Shown in pieces: positions 7,466 to 16,802 of a stretch of DNA of 64,000 bases (its first letter is position 1; each line of letters opens with the position of its first letter). The stretch is from Nitrospinales bacterium (GTDB lineage Bacteria; Nitrospinota; Nitrospinia; Nitrospinales; VA-1). Position numbers and translations under genes: made by a program. The stretch is from positions 128,001 to 192,000 of the forward strand of contig CBDCXL010000002.1 of NCBI GenBank assembly GCA_965223795.1, given 5' to 3'. A model generated the notes under the pieces. It had not been told where the DNA came from. It saw only the letters and a list, made by a program, of their open reading frames with translations, and made no database searches.

Positions 7466-8648
7466 TTTTTGAAAGTCTACGGACTGCTTCTCGTTTGATA
7501 TCGGGGGCCAGGTGTGAATAACGCAAAGTCATTTGAATAGATTTGTGACCAGCCAACTCCTGAATGACCTGCAATGGTTCGCCATTTTGGGCGAGCCTTG
7601 AACAGAAGGTATGGCGCAATGAATGAAATACAATTCGATCTCTTCGATCGTTCACACCTTCATTGAAACCCAATTCGGAAATAACGCGCTCGAAAGTGCG
7701 CGATACTTCTTTAATTGGGGCTCCGTTCGTGTCAAGAAAAACAGGCTGGTTTCGCTTCGGGTTTTCAGGCTTTCTGGATGAAAGCATTTTCCTGGCACGT
7801 ACTGTCATGAAAGCTACACGGTTTTGATTATTTTTCGGGTCTCGTACCATAATGGTTTCGTTTCGAAAGTCTAGATCTGCCCAGGTCAGCTTAAAGCACT
7901 CCCCCGCCCTGAGTCCTGAATCTAGACTCAACACTGAAATGTCATGCCATTGCTGGGATCGTTCTTTTAGAGTTTGAAGTAGCAGATTCTCTTCTTCATC
8001 GGAGAGAAACCGTAATCTTTTGTTGTCGGGAATTTGAAGAAATTTACGATCCACACGGGCGGTTTCAGTCACTGGATTTGGGCCGGAATATAGCTCCCAT
8101 CCCGGTGCGCGGTTATACATGGCGCGGATCAAAGTGAGGATATTTTGTATTGATTTAGGGGAAAGTTCTTTTTTTTGAAGGTTTTTTTTGAAACGCTCCA
8201 GAGTAAGGGTCTTTATATCCCGGATTGGGAACTCACCAAGTTCCGGCTCAATATGCCGCTGATACCAACTTTCGTCCTGGCGCCAGCTTTTCTTATTGGC
8301 TTTGCTCCATTCCAAAAACCGCTCCCCCAGAACTGAGAATGGGGTGTTCTCTCTTTCCTTCTCGGCTTGATTCTGGGCCGTTTCCTGGCGGCGGGATTCC
8401 TCAATTTCGCGCTTTTCCCGGAGTGACTGGAATCCTTCCCCCAAGCGGATGTTTTTAAGGATTTCGCCGCGAATACGTGCGGCCTCATCAATGGTATGGC
8501 CCTGGCTTTCCCATCCCAGTGTTTCGGCGATCAACTTCCCATTCCGGCGGTATTGAATGACGATAGAGCGATCTGCCCGGCGCTTGAATTTCCTTTCATG
8601 ATGTTCCCTGAAGCGAACACCTACGAATTTGGTTTTGAACCACTTCAT
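7455..8648 (-). CDS. int: Tyrosine recombinase / phage integrase
   Basis: Catalytic motifs SGLRAGE (R), PKN (K), HSLRH (HxxR) and AGHKSIQMTLRY (H, Y); N-terminal arm-binding region. Confidence 0.96.
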   Translation of the reverse strand: MKWFKTKFVGVRFREHHERKFKRRADRSIVIQYRRNGKLIAETLGWESQGHTIDEAARIRGEILKNIRLGEGFQSLREKREIEESRRQETAQNQAEKERENTPFSVLGERFLEWSKANKKSWRQDESWYQRHIEPELGEFPIRDIKTLTLERFKKNLQKKELSPKSIQNILTLIRAMYNRAPGWELYSGPNPVTETARVDRKFLQIPDNKRLRFLSDEEENLLLQTLKERSQQWHDISVLSLDSGLRAGECFKLTWADLDFRNETIMVRDPKNNQNRVAFMTVRARKMLSSRKPENPKRNQPVFLDTNGAPIKEVSRTFERVISELGFNEGVNDRRDRIVFHSLRHTFCSRLAQNGEPLQVIQELAGHKSIQMTLRYSHLAPDIKREAVRRLSKNEN

Positions 8649-8805
8649 TTTGCCCTTTGGGTGAAAACCTCCAGGTCAGCTTTTACAACTTCCTTACAAC
8701 GAAACTGCATTCCCATTGTTTCCCGGACCTACTCTCAAATCATTTAAAACACTGATTTAATTTATACGGGAAATTATGGGAAAGTCAAGGAATGCAGATA
8801 TTTTA

Positions 8806-8852
<47 letters not shown>

Positions 8853-8858
8853 AATAAA

Positions 8859-8899
8859 ATAAGGGGTTGACCCACATGGGTCAGCCCCTTATTTATTTT
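8859..8899. terminator. Bidirectional intrinsic terminator after the tRNA fragment and hicB
   Basis: ATAAGGGGTTGACCCA-CA-TGGGTCAGCCCCTTAT flanked by A-rich and T-rich tracts. Confidence 0.8.
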
Positions 8900-8907
8900 C
8901 TAATCGT

Positions 8908-9453
8908 TTAATGTTTTGATGCCGAACTTTTGCCTTTTTTTGAACCCCGGACTTGTGACCTTTTAGAGGCGGTAACTTTACCACCGCCAATCCCTTTGCC
9001 TGTCAGGATGGCATCGGTCCCTCTTGTTGAAACACTCGCTTCCGTTACTCGCTCCCCTTTCCATTGATCCACAATCCAGCGCCCCCCCCTTGATAACACT
9101 TTTGACCGATTCTCTCCTGGATGCGCGGACACATAACTGTCGATATTCTGAAGTATGCTTTTAGGTACCGTTATATTGATTCGAACCGATTTTGACTGAA
9201 CGTTCGATACCTCAACAATAATAGGCGTCGCGTCTCTATTTTCCTTATCTGCCATTATCTCCTCAAGTGACATAGGGATCGGAATTAATTCTCCATCCTC
9301 TTCAAGCCCCTCGATATGAAGTTCGAGTGCTTCTTTAGCACTTTCAGGGATGTCTTCCAGATTTTTTGCTGCCGTGATACAACCCGGGAAGTCCGGGAAA
9401 TCGACGCCATAACCCGACAGTTTTTCTTTTCGTAAAAGTCCGATATATTTCAT
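8908..9453 (-). CDS. hicB: HicB family antitoxin with RHH domain and basic C-terminal tail
   Basis: YGVDFPDFPGCITAA...AKEALELHIEGL and KSVRINITVPKSIL. Confidence 0.92.
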   Translation of the reverse strand: MKYIGLLRKEKLSGYGVDFPDFPGCITAAKNLEDIPESAKEALELHIEGLEEDGELIPIPMSLEEIMADKENRDATPIIVEVSNVQSKSVRINITVPKSILQNIDSYVSAHPGENRSKVLSRGGRWIVDQWKGERVTEASVSTRGTDAILTGKGIGGGKVTASKRSQVRGSKKGKSSASKH

Positions 9454-9454
9454 T

Positions 9455-9649
9455 TCAATCTTCCTTCCAACCCGCTTGCCGGTATACGCTTTTCACTGTT
9501 TTGATGGGGATGTCCTTTTGAGGGTGGGGAACTGTAACCCGGCCCGGTTTGGTTTCGTGTTTAAGCTGAAGATGACGCCCCTTCGATTTTACCTGATGCC
9601 AACCCTCTTTTTTCAAGCGAGCAATCAATTTTCTACCCTCAACGATCAT
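9455..9649 (-). CDS. hicA: HicA family mRNA interferase toxin
   Basis: LKKEGW...KGRHLQLKH...GRVTVPHP.KDIP..T..SVYRQAG. ATG 9649 chosen because it lies 6 nt after TATAAT. Confidence 0.92.
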   Translation of the reverse strand: MIVEGRKLIARLKKEGWHQVKSKGRHLQLKHETKPGRVTVPHPQKDIPIKTVKSVYRQAGWKED

Positions 9650-9683
9650 GTGTATATTATACACACTTTTTTGCCGCCCGCAA
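9649..9683 (-). promoter_or_regulatory. hicAB promoter with overlapping palindromic operator
   Basis: Minus strand TTGCGG-16nt-TATAAT (TGTG just upstream of the -10); palindrome TGTGTAT-ATT-ATACACA at 9649-9665. Confidence 0.75.
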
Positions 9684-9826
9684 AAAACGATCGCCGTTTT
9701 TTATAATTTCGCTCTCCCATGGCCGCAACAGGCCGTTTTCTGGAACTCCCCCGCAACTCAAATCTTGGAACGCAGTGCCCAACAACTGCTTGCGTCCCAC
9801 CGGAAAGGTGGACTTTACCCGGCAGC

Positions 9827-9844
9827 GCAAGAATCGGATTGAGA
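9827..9844 (+). promoter_or_regulatory. Putative Ada-type operator, copy 1
   Basis: GCAAGAATCGGATTGAGA; an identical copy lies at 10818-10835. Confidence 0.65.
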
Positions 9845-9897
9845 AAACCGCTGCCGCCGGATACAGTCAGGGCTGACCTTATTGAGGAAAGCCGTCC

Positions 9898-10767
9898 ATG
9901 CCCAAAACCAGCCAAAAGCAACTGGCGGTCGACTACCAGCGCATCGAGCGGGCGATCCACACTCTTGAAGAGACCGCGCTGGATCAGCCCGACCTCAAGC
10001 AGCTCGCGGCCCGTCTGCACCTGAGCGAATTTCATTTTCAGCGGCTTTTCAGCCGCTGGGCCGGTGTGAGCCCCAAACGGTTCCTGCAGTTTTTGACGCT
10101 CGATCACGCCAAGTCCGTTCTGGCTCGATCGAAGAACCTGCTGGACGTGACGCTGGATTCGGGTCTGTCCAGCGTCAGCAGGCTGCACGACCTGTTTCTG
10201 CAATGCGAGGCGGTGACTCCGGGGGAATACAAAAACCGGGGCCACGGTCTGACGATCGCCTATGGATTTCATGCGAGTCCCTTCGGAGACTGCCTGCTTG
10301 CCGCGACGCAGCGCGGCATCTGCGGATTCCGGTTTGTCCGCTCCGGAGACCGGGACGACGCGCTTGCGGACCTCCGCCGCCGCTGGGGACAGGCGAAACT
10401 GAAAGAGGATCCCACCAGCACAAGCCCGTACCTGGATGTCATTTTCAGCTCGGACTGGAACCGCCCGAAGCCGCTTCACCTTTATGTCAAAGGGACCAAT
10501 TTCCAGATCAAGGTCTGGGAGGCCCTGCTTCGGATACCGCAGGGAGACATGGTCTCGTATCAGGATATCGCCCGTCACCTGGGACTGCCCAGGGCTTCGC
10601 GCGCGGTCGCCAACGCGATTGCACTCAATCCCATCCAATACCTGATCCCCTGCCATCGAGTGATTCAGAGAATGGGAGCGTTCGGCGGCTACCAGGGAGG
10701 TCCGGACAGAAAAAAAGCCCTGCTCGCCTGGGAAGCCGCACAGGCGGAGGCGAGGCAGGCTTTCTAA
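9898..10767 (+). CDS. ada: AraC-HTH / methylated-DNA-protein-cysteine methyltransferase (Ada-like, no N-terminal Zn domain)
   Basis: LSEFHFQRLFSRWAGVSPKRF (AraC HTH), GTNFQIKVWEAL and the IPCHRVI active site. Confidence 0.88.
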   Translation: MPKTSQKQLAVDYQRIERAIHTLEETALDQPDLKQLAARLHLSEFHFQRLFSRWAGVSPKRFLQFLTLDHAKSVLARSKNLLDVTLDSGLSSVSRLHDLFLQCEAVTPGEYKNRGHGLTIAYGFHASPFGDCLLAATQRGICGFRFVRSGDRDDALADLRRRWGQAKLKEDPTSTSPYLDVIFSSDWNRPKPLHLYVKGTNFQIKVWEALLRIPQGDMVSYQDIARHLGLPRASRAVANAIALNPIQYLIPCHRVIQRMGAFGGYQGGPDRKKALLAWEAAQAEARQAF

Positions 10768-10817
10768 TCCCCCCTGCCCTTTTGTGTTTTCCTTCCATTG
10801 GATTGCACTCAAACTCA

Positions 10818-10835
10818 GCAAGAATCGGATTGAGA
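10818..10835 (+). promoter_or_regulatory. Putative Ada-type operator, copy 2
   Basis: Exact 18-bp repeat of 9827-9844, upstream of the cupin gene. Confidence 0.65.
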
Positions 10836-10907
10836 GAAATCCCTCCGGAGAGATTTAATGGGACCATGTAGCAGTCATTTTCATGAACCCGTTTCAGGAG
10901 AATTGGA

Positions 10908-11411
10908 ATGAGTAAAACAATCAGCACGTTGATTCTTGGAGTCTGTTCGATCTTTATTTCCACATCCGTTTTCGGCCACGAATTGGGTTCCAACCTCAAG
11001 CCCATCGCGTTTGGTGCGGATCAGACCATCGTCGATTTCACCAAAGTCGCCTGGGAACCTCTGGATGTTGAGGGACTGGATCCGGGCGCTCATATCGCGG
11101 TCATCCGCGGCAATCTGGAGAAAAGCGGCAGTGAGGTGATCCTCAAAGTTCCGGGGGGATACCAGGTGCCGATGCACTCCCACACCAGCGATGAAACCTA
11201 CATCTGGCTGAAAGGCGCCTACACGCTGGTTTCTGAAAACGGCAGGGAGCACTCATTTGCCGGGCCCAGTTACGTCAGCTTTCCCGGCAACGCCCCCAAG
11301 CATGCGCTGACCTGCGATGATGCGAACGGCTGCCTGCTCTACATTCGCTATTCGCGGCCGTTCGATGTGATTTATCAGGATCGAAGGGTGGTGGCTCAAA
11401 AAACGAAATGA
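10908..11411 (+). CDS. Exported cupin-domain protein (DUF4437-like)
   Basis: Signal peptide; PMHSHTSDE...G and PGNAPKH cupin motifs; AGGAG RBS. Confidence 0.75.
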   Translation: MSKTISTLILGVCSIFISTSVFGHELGSNLKPIAFGADQTIVDFTKVAWEPLDVEGLDPGAHIAVIRGNLEKSGSEVILKVPGGYQVPMHSHTSDETYIWLKGAYTLVSENGREHSFAGPSYVSFPGNAPKHALTCDDANGCLLYIRYSRPFDVIYQDRRVVAQKTK

Positions 11412-11438
11412 CTTGATTCGCATTAGCTTTGATTGATC

Positions 11439-11489
11439 AGCCCCGGTCATGCGATTGCCCCCGTTTCATGGCCGGGGCTTCCTTTCTTT
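11439..11489 (+). terminator. Hairpin after cupin gene
   Basis: AGCCCCGGTCATG...CATGGCCGGGGCT followed by TCCTTTCTTT. Confidence 0.5.
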
Positions 11490-11707
11490 AGAATCCCCGC
11501 AATCCTTTTTCCGGATTCGATTGGCCGTCGCTTTCTTAATCGGCGCCCGCTGACGCTTTCCCCCCGCATGCGAAATCAACATAACCGGCTATGCTTCAAT
11601 ACTTTATCCAAGGGCGGTGGCCTTATCCGGGTTGCTGTGATATATCTGGTCAAAAAGACCAGACACAACTCAAGCGGCCATTCCGTCGATCTGCAAAGGG
11701 TGGTTTT

Positions 11708-12175
11708 ATGCGTTACGCGATCCTGCTTTTATCGATCCTGATGTTCACGACCGGTTTCAAGGTGAAGGGCTTTGAATCGCTGAAACCCTATTCCAAGGAA
11801 ACGGGCCTTTCCGATTGCAAAATCGAGCCCACGGGCATGAAGTGCTACGGCAAGGGCACCATCGCCGGAATCCAGGCTGAGATCGAAGCGTATTACTGGC
11901 CGAGCGCAACGCACCGGTTCGTCCTGGGCGGCGTGATCTTCGATATGGACCCGGCTTACTGGGAGAACCTGATCGAGACGCTGGAGCTGAAGTACGGCCT
12001 GGGGGTGCTGACGGATAAAAGCTGGGTCTGGGAGGATCAGCACGACGTCATCGAAGCGCGCCGGGGGCCGAACCTGAAGGGCAAAATGTGGCTGCACTAT
12101 TTTGACAAGAGAAAATTCGATTTGCGCGATGACATGAAAAACCCGCTGCGCAAAGAACCGCTGGAAGATTTTTGA
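11708..12175 (+). CDS. Exported hypothetical protein
   Basis: MRYAILLLSILMFTTG signal-like N-terminus; codon usage matches host. Confidence 0.65.
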   Translation: MRYAILLLSILMFTTGFKVKGFESLKPYSKETGLSDCKIEPTGMKCYGKGTIAGIQAEIEAYYWPSATHRFVLGGVIFDMDPAYWENLIETLELKYGLGVLTDKSWVWEDQHDVIEARRGPNLKGKMWLHYFDKRKFDLRDDMKNPLRKEPLEDF

Positions 12176-12218
12176 TATCACACGGGAATCCCGTTGCGGT
12201 GCGGGATCATCCCCCCTC

Positions 12219-14303
12219 TTATTCTCCCTCCCGCGCCTCCCCCGCCACTTTCAGCCCCGGATTGCATTGATAAATCTTAAAAGTAAGTATGAAGCGGGAG
12301 CCTTCGTTTTCCCGGCTCTGCACTTCAATGGTGCCGTTGTGGCGGTCGATGATCTTCTTACAGATGGCCAGGCCGATTCCGGTGCCGCTGAATTTGCCCT
12401 TGCCGTGCAGCCTCTCGAAGGGCATGAAAATCTTTTTGATGTATTTTTCGTCAAACCCGATGCCGTTGTCCTGGATGATGATCTGCAGTTTGTCCTTTCC
12501 CGATGGGCGGCTGGATATTTCGACCACGGGCGGCACGCCTTCTTTGTGGTATTTGAGAGAGTTGCTGATCAGGTTCTGCAGCAAATGGCGGATGTGAACG
12601 GGGTCCGCCATCATGCCGGGGATGTTTGCGCAGCGAACGGTTCCTTTCGTTTCGGCGATGCGGCTTTCCAGGTCGATCCGAATCTCCTGCACGATCCGGT
12701 TGATGTCCACCCATTCGAAGGGACGCGTTTCCTGGTTCACTCTCGAATAATCGAGCAGGTCGTCCAGCAGCCGCCCCATCCGCTTGGTGGCGCTTTGCAG
12801 CCGCTCTATATACTCCTTTCCTTTCAAATCGTTCACATTGGCCTTGATCTGCAGGACATCGCCGAAGGCGACGATCTTTCTGAGCGGCTCTTTCAGGTCA
12901 TGGGAAGCGATGTTGACGAAATCCTTCAGCGAAGTGTTGCTCTCTTCCAGTTCCCGGGTGCGCTTTCTGACCAGCGTTTCCAGTTTTTTCTCTGTCTGCT
13001 CGCGTTCCACCACCCGGCCGACCTGGATGCCGATGGTCTTCATCGATTCCAGCAGCCTTTCATCCGGTTCCAGGACCGAACCTGAAAAAAACTCCAGCAC
13101 GGCCACGGTTTTATTTTCAATCACCACGGGAAACGCAAAGCCGGCCCGCACGCCGATCGATTTCGCCAGCCTGAACCTCGGGAAATTGTTGTCCTGGGTG
13201 ACGTCCTTGATCCAGACGGGCTCCTGGGTGGCCAGAACCCGGCCCGGCAATCCGACTCCGGAAAGCATCGGCGTCGATTCGGTGACGGCAATGAAATTTT
13301 TATACTTTTCCCGGTCCTCCACGTACCAGACTTTGCTGGGGATCAGCACCTCACTCCCTTCCTGGAGAACATAAAGGTGGCCCACGGGCCATCCCATCGT
13401 CAGGCAGACCGATTGCAGGCAGGTCTCGGCGACTTCCTCAAGCGTGCGGGACTCGTTTGCCGATATGGCGATGACCTGCAGCAGTTCCTTCAACGCCTGC
13501 TCGTGATTCAGGTTCGTCTCCGCCTGCTTTCTCAGGATGGAGTTTTCCCTGAAGACCCGCAACGCCGAATAGATTGCGCCGATTTCGTCCTTCGTCTTTG
13601 CGGCCGGGATTTCAATGTCCGCATCCTCTCTCGCCAGCTTCAACATTAAATGCGTGGCTTTGTTGAGCGGCTGGATGAGACGGTGGATGCCGATGCCGTA
13701 AAAGCCAAACACCACCAGCACGCCGGAAATGAGAAGCAGGCCGTTCGTGAAAACCATGATGCGGGTGTTTCTGAGCATCAGCTCCTGGGTCTTTTGCGAG
13801 GCACGGGCGTTGACAACATTCTGAAACTGCTTGATGTTTCCCATGATGAGTGCTTTTTGCTCATCATAATAGGGGCCGAACACCAGTTGCCGGGCCCGGT
13901 CCAAATCGTTGCGTTTCACAGCTGCCATGGCGGCTTCTTCTGTCTTGATCAGTTTATCGGAGTACTCTTTGGCTTTTTCAATGAGGGACAGTTCCGAATC
14001 GAGAACGTTCAATTCTTTCAATCTCTCGACCGCCTTGTCGCGCGATCTCGTTTCATGCACTTCGCGCCAGAAATTATCGTGATGGACTGGGTCGCCAAAC
14101 TGAACGTAGCGCCGGATCTCTCCGGTCAGATAATCGGAACCCTGCGCCAGCTGCTCGCCGAGGTTTTTCAGCTCGCGCTGCAACCGAATCGCCTGCTGTT
14201 CCTCTTTGTATCCCGCGTTCAGATCGTAAACCGCGACTCCGACCACGACACACAGGACGAATATGAGAGCCGCCATGGCTCTGAATATTGAAAACAGTGT
14301 CAT
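12219..14303 (-). CDS. Membrane sensor histidine kinase (periplasmic sensor, HAMP, GAF, HisKA, HATPase)
   Basis: Two TM helices; GLPGRV GAF motif; ASHDLKEPL H-box, NLISNSLKY, DNGIGF and GTGIGLA. Confidence 0.93.
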   Translation of the reverse strand: MTLFSIFRAMAALIFVLCVVVGVAVYDLNAGYKEEQQAIRLQRELKNLGEQLAQGSDYLTGEIRRYVQFGDPVHHDNFWREVHETRSRDKAVERLKELNVLDSELSLIEKAKEYSDKLIKTEEAAMAAVKRNDLDRARQLVFGPYYDEQKALIMGNIKQFQNVVNARASQKTQELMLRNTRIMVFTNGLLLISGVLVVFGFYGIGIHRLIQPLNKATHLMLKLAREDADIEIPAAKTKDEIGAIYSALRVFRENSILRKQAETNLNHEQALKELLQVIAISANESRTLEEVAETCLQSVCLTMGWPVGHLYVLQEGSEVLIPSKVWYVEDREKYKNFIAVTESTPMLSGVGLPGRVLATQEPVWIKDVTQDNNFPRFRLAKSIGVRAGFAFPVVIENKTVAVLEFFSGSVLEPDERLLESMKTIGIQVGRVVEREQTEKKLETLVRKRTRELEESNTSLKDFVNIASHDLKEPLRKIVAFGDVLQIKANVNDLKGKEYIERLQSATKRMGRLLDDLLDYSRVNQETRPFEWVDINRIVQEIRIDLESRIAETKGTVRCANIPGMMADPVHIRHLLQNLISNSLKYHKEGVPPVVEISSRPSGKDKLQIIIQDNGIGFDEKYIKKIFMPFERLHGKGKFSGTGIGLAICKKIIDRHNGTIEVQSRENEGSRFILTFKIYQCNPGLKVAGEAREGE

Positions 14304-14610
14304 TCGTTCACCTGGAATCAGGTTTTAAAGAACCTGCGGAGGCATTTCGAATGAAACAACCCTACATGTCCTTAAACGGCGACAAAATCTCAAACCTTAC
14401 AGACTGCATGACATTTCCCCGTATCGAGCGGCCCTCCACGATGCAGCAATTAAATTCAAGACACCGCCGCCGACATCTCCCTGCGCGCCGCCAATGCGCC
14501 GTGTCATCTGGAACTGCCTGCAACAAAATAGCTTGTCGATGAAGACGCAATCCGATAAGGTCGAGACGGGGGCTGATGACGTTGCCTTAAAAAAAATCGA
14601 AGGAGGGACC

Positions 14611-16485
14611 ATGCAGAATTCACGTTGGCTCGGCATGAAAGGATGGTTTGCGTTCACGCTGTTCCTGTTATTGTTCCAGGGTGGCATCACCCAGCCGGAA
14701 GGTGCGGAGATGGTCCGCAAGACGCAGGAAGCGCTGACGCAAAAGGGATTCGATCCGGGCCCGGTGGATGGATTCTGGGGTCCAAAAACCGAAAACGCGT
14801 TGAAGGCATTTCAAGAGAAGATCGGGGTCGCGGCGAACGGGTTTCTGGACCGGGAAACTCGAAAACGCCTGTTCGCTGCGGACACCGGCGCTGCCGCGGA
14901 TACGACGGCCGCCGCGAGCGCTCCGGCGGACACGCCGTCTGACGCCGCCGATGAGGCCGCGCCCGCCCCTCCTGTGGAAGAGAAACCGGAGAGCCTGACC
15001 ACCGCCGAAGAGTCCGCCCCGGCTCCTGCCGCGGAACCGGAAAAGGTAGAAGAACCGGAAGTGGCAAAAGCACCGGAAACAGCCGAAGAGCCCGTCGAAG
15101 AGCCGGTCATGGCAAAAGAGCCGGAAACGGCCAGCGAGCCGCCGCCCGCCCCCAAAATGAAAGCGGCGGCCCAGGCGGTCAAAATATCGGGCCCCTGTCC
15201 GCAGCCGAGAAAAACCAAATCCGCGCCCGCGCACATCGCCAAGCTGGATAAAACCGGCGGCGCGGACCTGGAAAACGGCAAGAAGATCTACCACAAATCC
15301 GCGAAGCCGATGGCCTGCAAGCAGTGCCACGGCGATCAGGGCGACGGCCTGGGCAAGCTGGGCAAGGCGCTCAAACCCAAACCGAGAAACTTCACCTGCG
15401 CCGAAACCATGGAAGGCGTGTCTGTCGGCCAGATGTTCTGGATCATCAAAAACGGCTCCAGCGGAACGGGCATGGTGGGGCATCAAAAAACACTCAAGGA
15501 TAAAGAAATCTGGGATGTGGTGAAATACATCCAGACGACGTACATGGGCGGGGATTCCCAGGCATCGACGGCGACTCCCGCTAAAGCCGCTGAAAGCGCT
15601 GCCGCTCCTGCCCCCGTGAAGGAAAAACCCGCCGCACCGGCCGCACCCGCTGCCAAAGCCGAAACCGCGGCGAAACCACCGGCCGCAGACGCCGGGGCGC
15701 TGGCGGACATCGCGGCCGGACAGACGGCCGCGCCGCCTTCCGGCATCGCGGGAAAAGGAAAATACGAAGCGGTACCGGTGAGCGGCGGCGGGTCGATCAC
15801 CGGCGTGGTCCACTTCGGGGGAACGGTCCCCGCTCCCATCATGGAGGATTTGAGCAAGGGCAAGAATGTGGAGTTCTGCTCGACCCATCCCGACGCTCAG
15901 GGCAACATGCGCCCGCGCCAGAAAGTCGTGGCCGCAGATGGAAAGCTCCGGGACGCGGTGGTGTTCATCCAGAACATCGAGAAGGGAAAGGACTGGCCGG
16001 ACGCCACGATCGATTTCGATTTCAAGTCCTGTGACATTTTCCCCAAAGTGTCGGTGGTCCGCAAAACGCCGAAGAAAATGAAAACCGGGCTGTTGACGAT
16101 CACCAACCAGGACCCGGAGATCCTGCACAACCCGCACGGTTATTCCATCGTCGGGGCCAACCGCAAGACGCTGTTCAACAAACCGCTGCCCTCGAAAGGC
16201 GACGTGGCCGACGTGACCAAATCGTTCAAACGGTTCAAGCCGAAAAAGGACAAGCATTTTTTCCTGCAGTGCGACCAGCACAATTTCATGGAAGCGGACG
16301 CGCGCGTGGTGTGGAATCCGTATTACGCCATCTCCGGGAACGACGGGTCGTTTAAAATCGAAGGGATCCCCGCCGGCAAATACTGGGTGACCGCCTGGCA
16401 TCCGTATGTGGGAGAGGTGAGCCGGGAGGTGACCGTCACGGCAGGGGCCGGTGTTCCGGCCGATTTCCTGCTGGCCGCGAAGTGA
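14611..16485 (+). CDS. Secreted multidomain protein: peptidoglycan-binding domain + cytochrome c + beta-sandwich domain with putative Cu ligands
   Basis: GFDPGPVDGFWGPKTENALKAFQ; CKQCH heme motif with a distal GTGM; HNPH...CDQHNFM; two Pro/Ala/Glu linkers; GGAGGG RBS. Confidence 0.8.
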   Translation: MQNSRWLGMKGWFAFTLFLLLFQGGITQPEGAEMVRKTQEALTQKGFDPGPVDGFWGPKTENALKAFQEKIGVAANGFLDRETRKRLFAADTGAAADTTAAASAPADTPSDAADEAAPAPPVEEKPESLTTAEESAPAPAAEPEKVEEPEVAKAPETAEEPVEEPVMAKEPETASEPPPAPKMKAAAQAVKISGPCPQPRKTKSAPAHIAKLDKTGGADLENGKKIYHKSAKPMACKQCHGDQGDGLGKLGKALKPKPRNFTCAETMEGVSVGQMFWIIKNGSSGTGMVGHQKTLKDKEIWDVVKYIQTTYMGGDSQASTATPAKAAESAAAPAPVKEKPAAPAAPAAKAETAAKPPAADAGALADIAAGQTAAPPSGIAGKGKYEAVPVSGGGSITGVVHFGGTVPAPIMEDLSKGKNVEFCSTHPDAQGNMRPRQKVVAADGKLRDAVVFIQNIEKGKDWPDATIDFDFKSCDIFPKVSVVRKTPKKMKTGLLTITNQDPEILHNPHGYSIVGANRKTLFNKPLPSKGDVADVTKSFKRFKPKKDKHFFLQCDQHNFMEADARVVWNPYYAISGNDGSFKIEGIPAGKYWVTAWHPYVGEVSREVTVTAGAGVPADFLLAAK

Positions 16486-16802
16486 CGTGTTCTGCATGAC
16501 GTCCCGCCCTCCCGGCGCTCCGCCGGGCAGTGGCGGGCGAACCGCTCTTGACGAACAGAAAGCGAAATACATTGAACCGGACGGCCCGGCCGGGCCGTCT
16601 GCAGCGCAGGCACTTCCAAGCCGAACGGAACAGGCCGCCGCCTCCCTCATATTTTATTTGCCCTAAATGCCACTTTATGCAACATTTAGCGTAGATTCTC
16701 GCTTTCGAGCCGGTATTCCCGACGGATTTCAGCGAAATTCGTCGTTTTTTCGATATCACGTTTCAATACGTGGCAGGGCAACTCACTCATCAAGGAGGAA
16801 CA

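Noticed and set aside
9646..10821. 391-aa minus-strand ORF
   Set aside because: Antisense shadow of the ada-like gene with no recognisable motifs.
14668..16650. 660-aa minus-strand ORF
   Set aside because: Antisense shadow of the cytochrome fusion gene, as expected at high GC.
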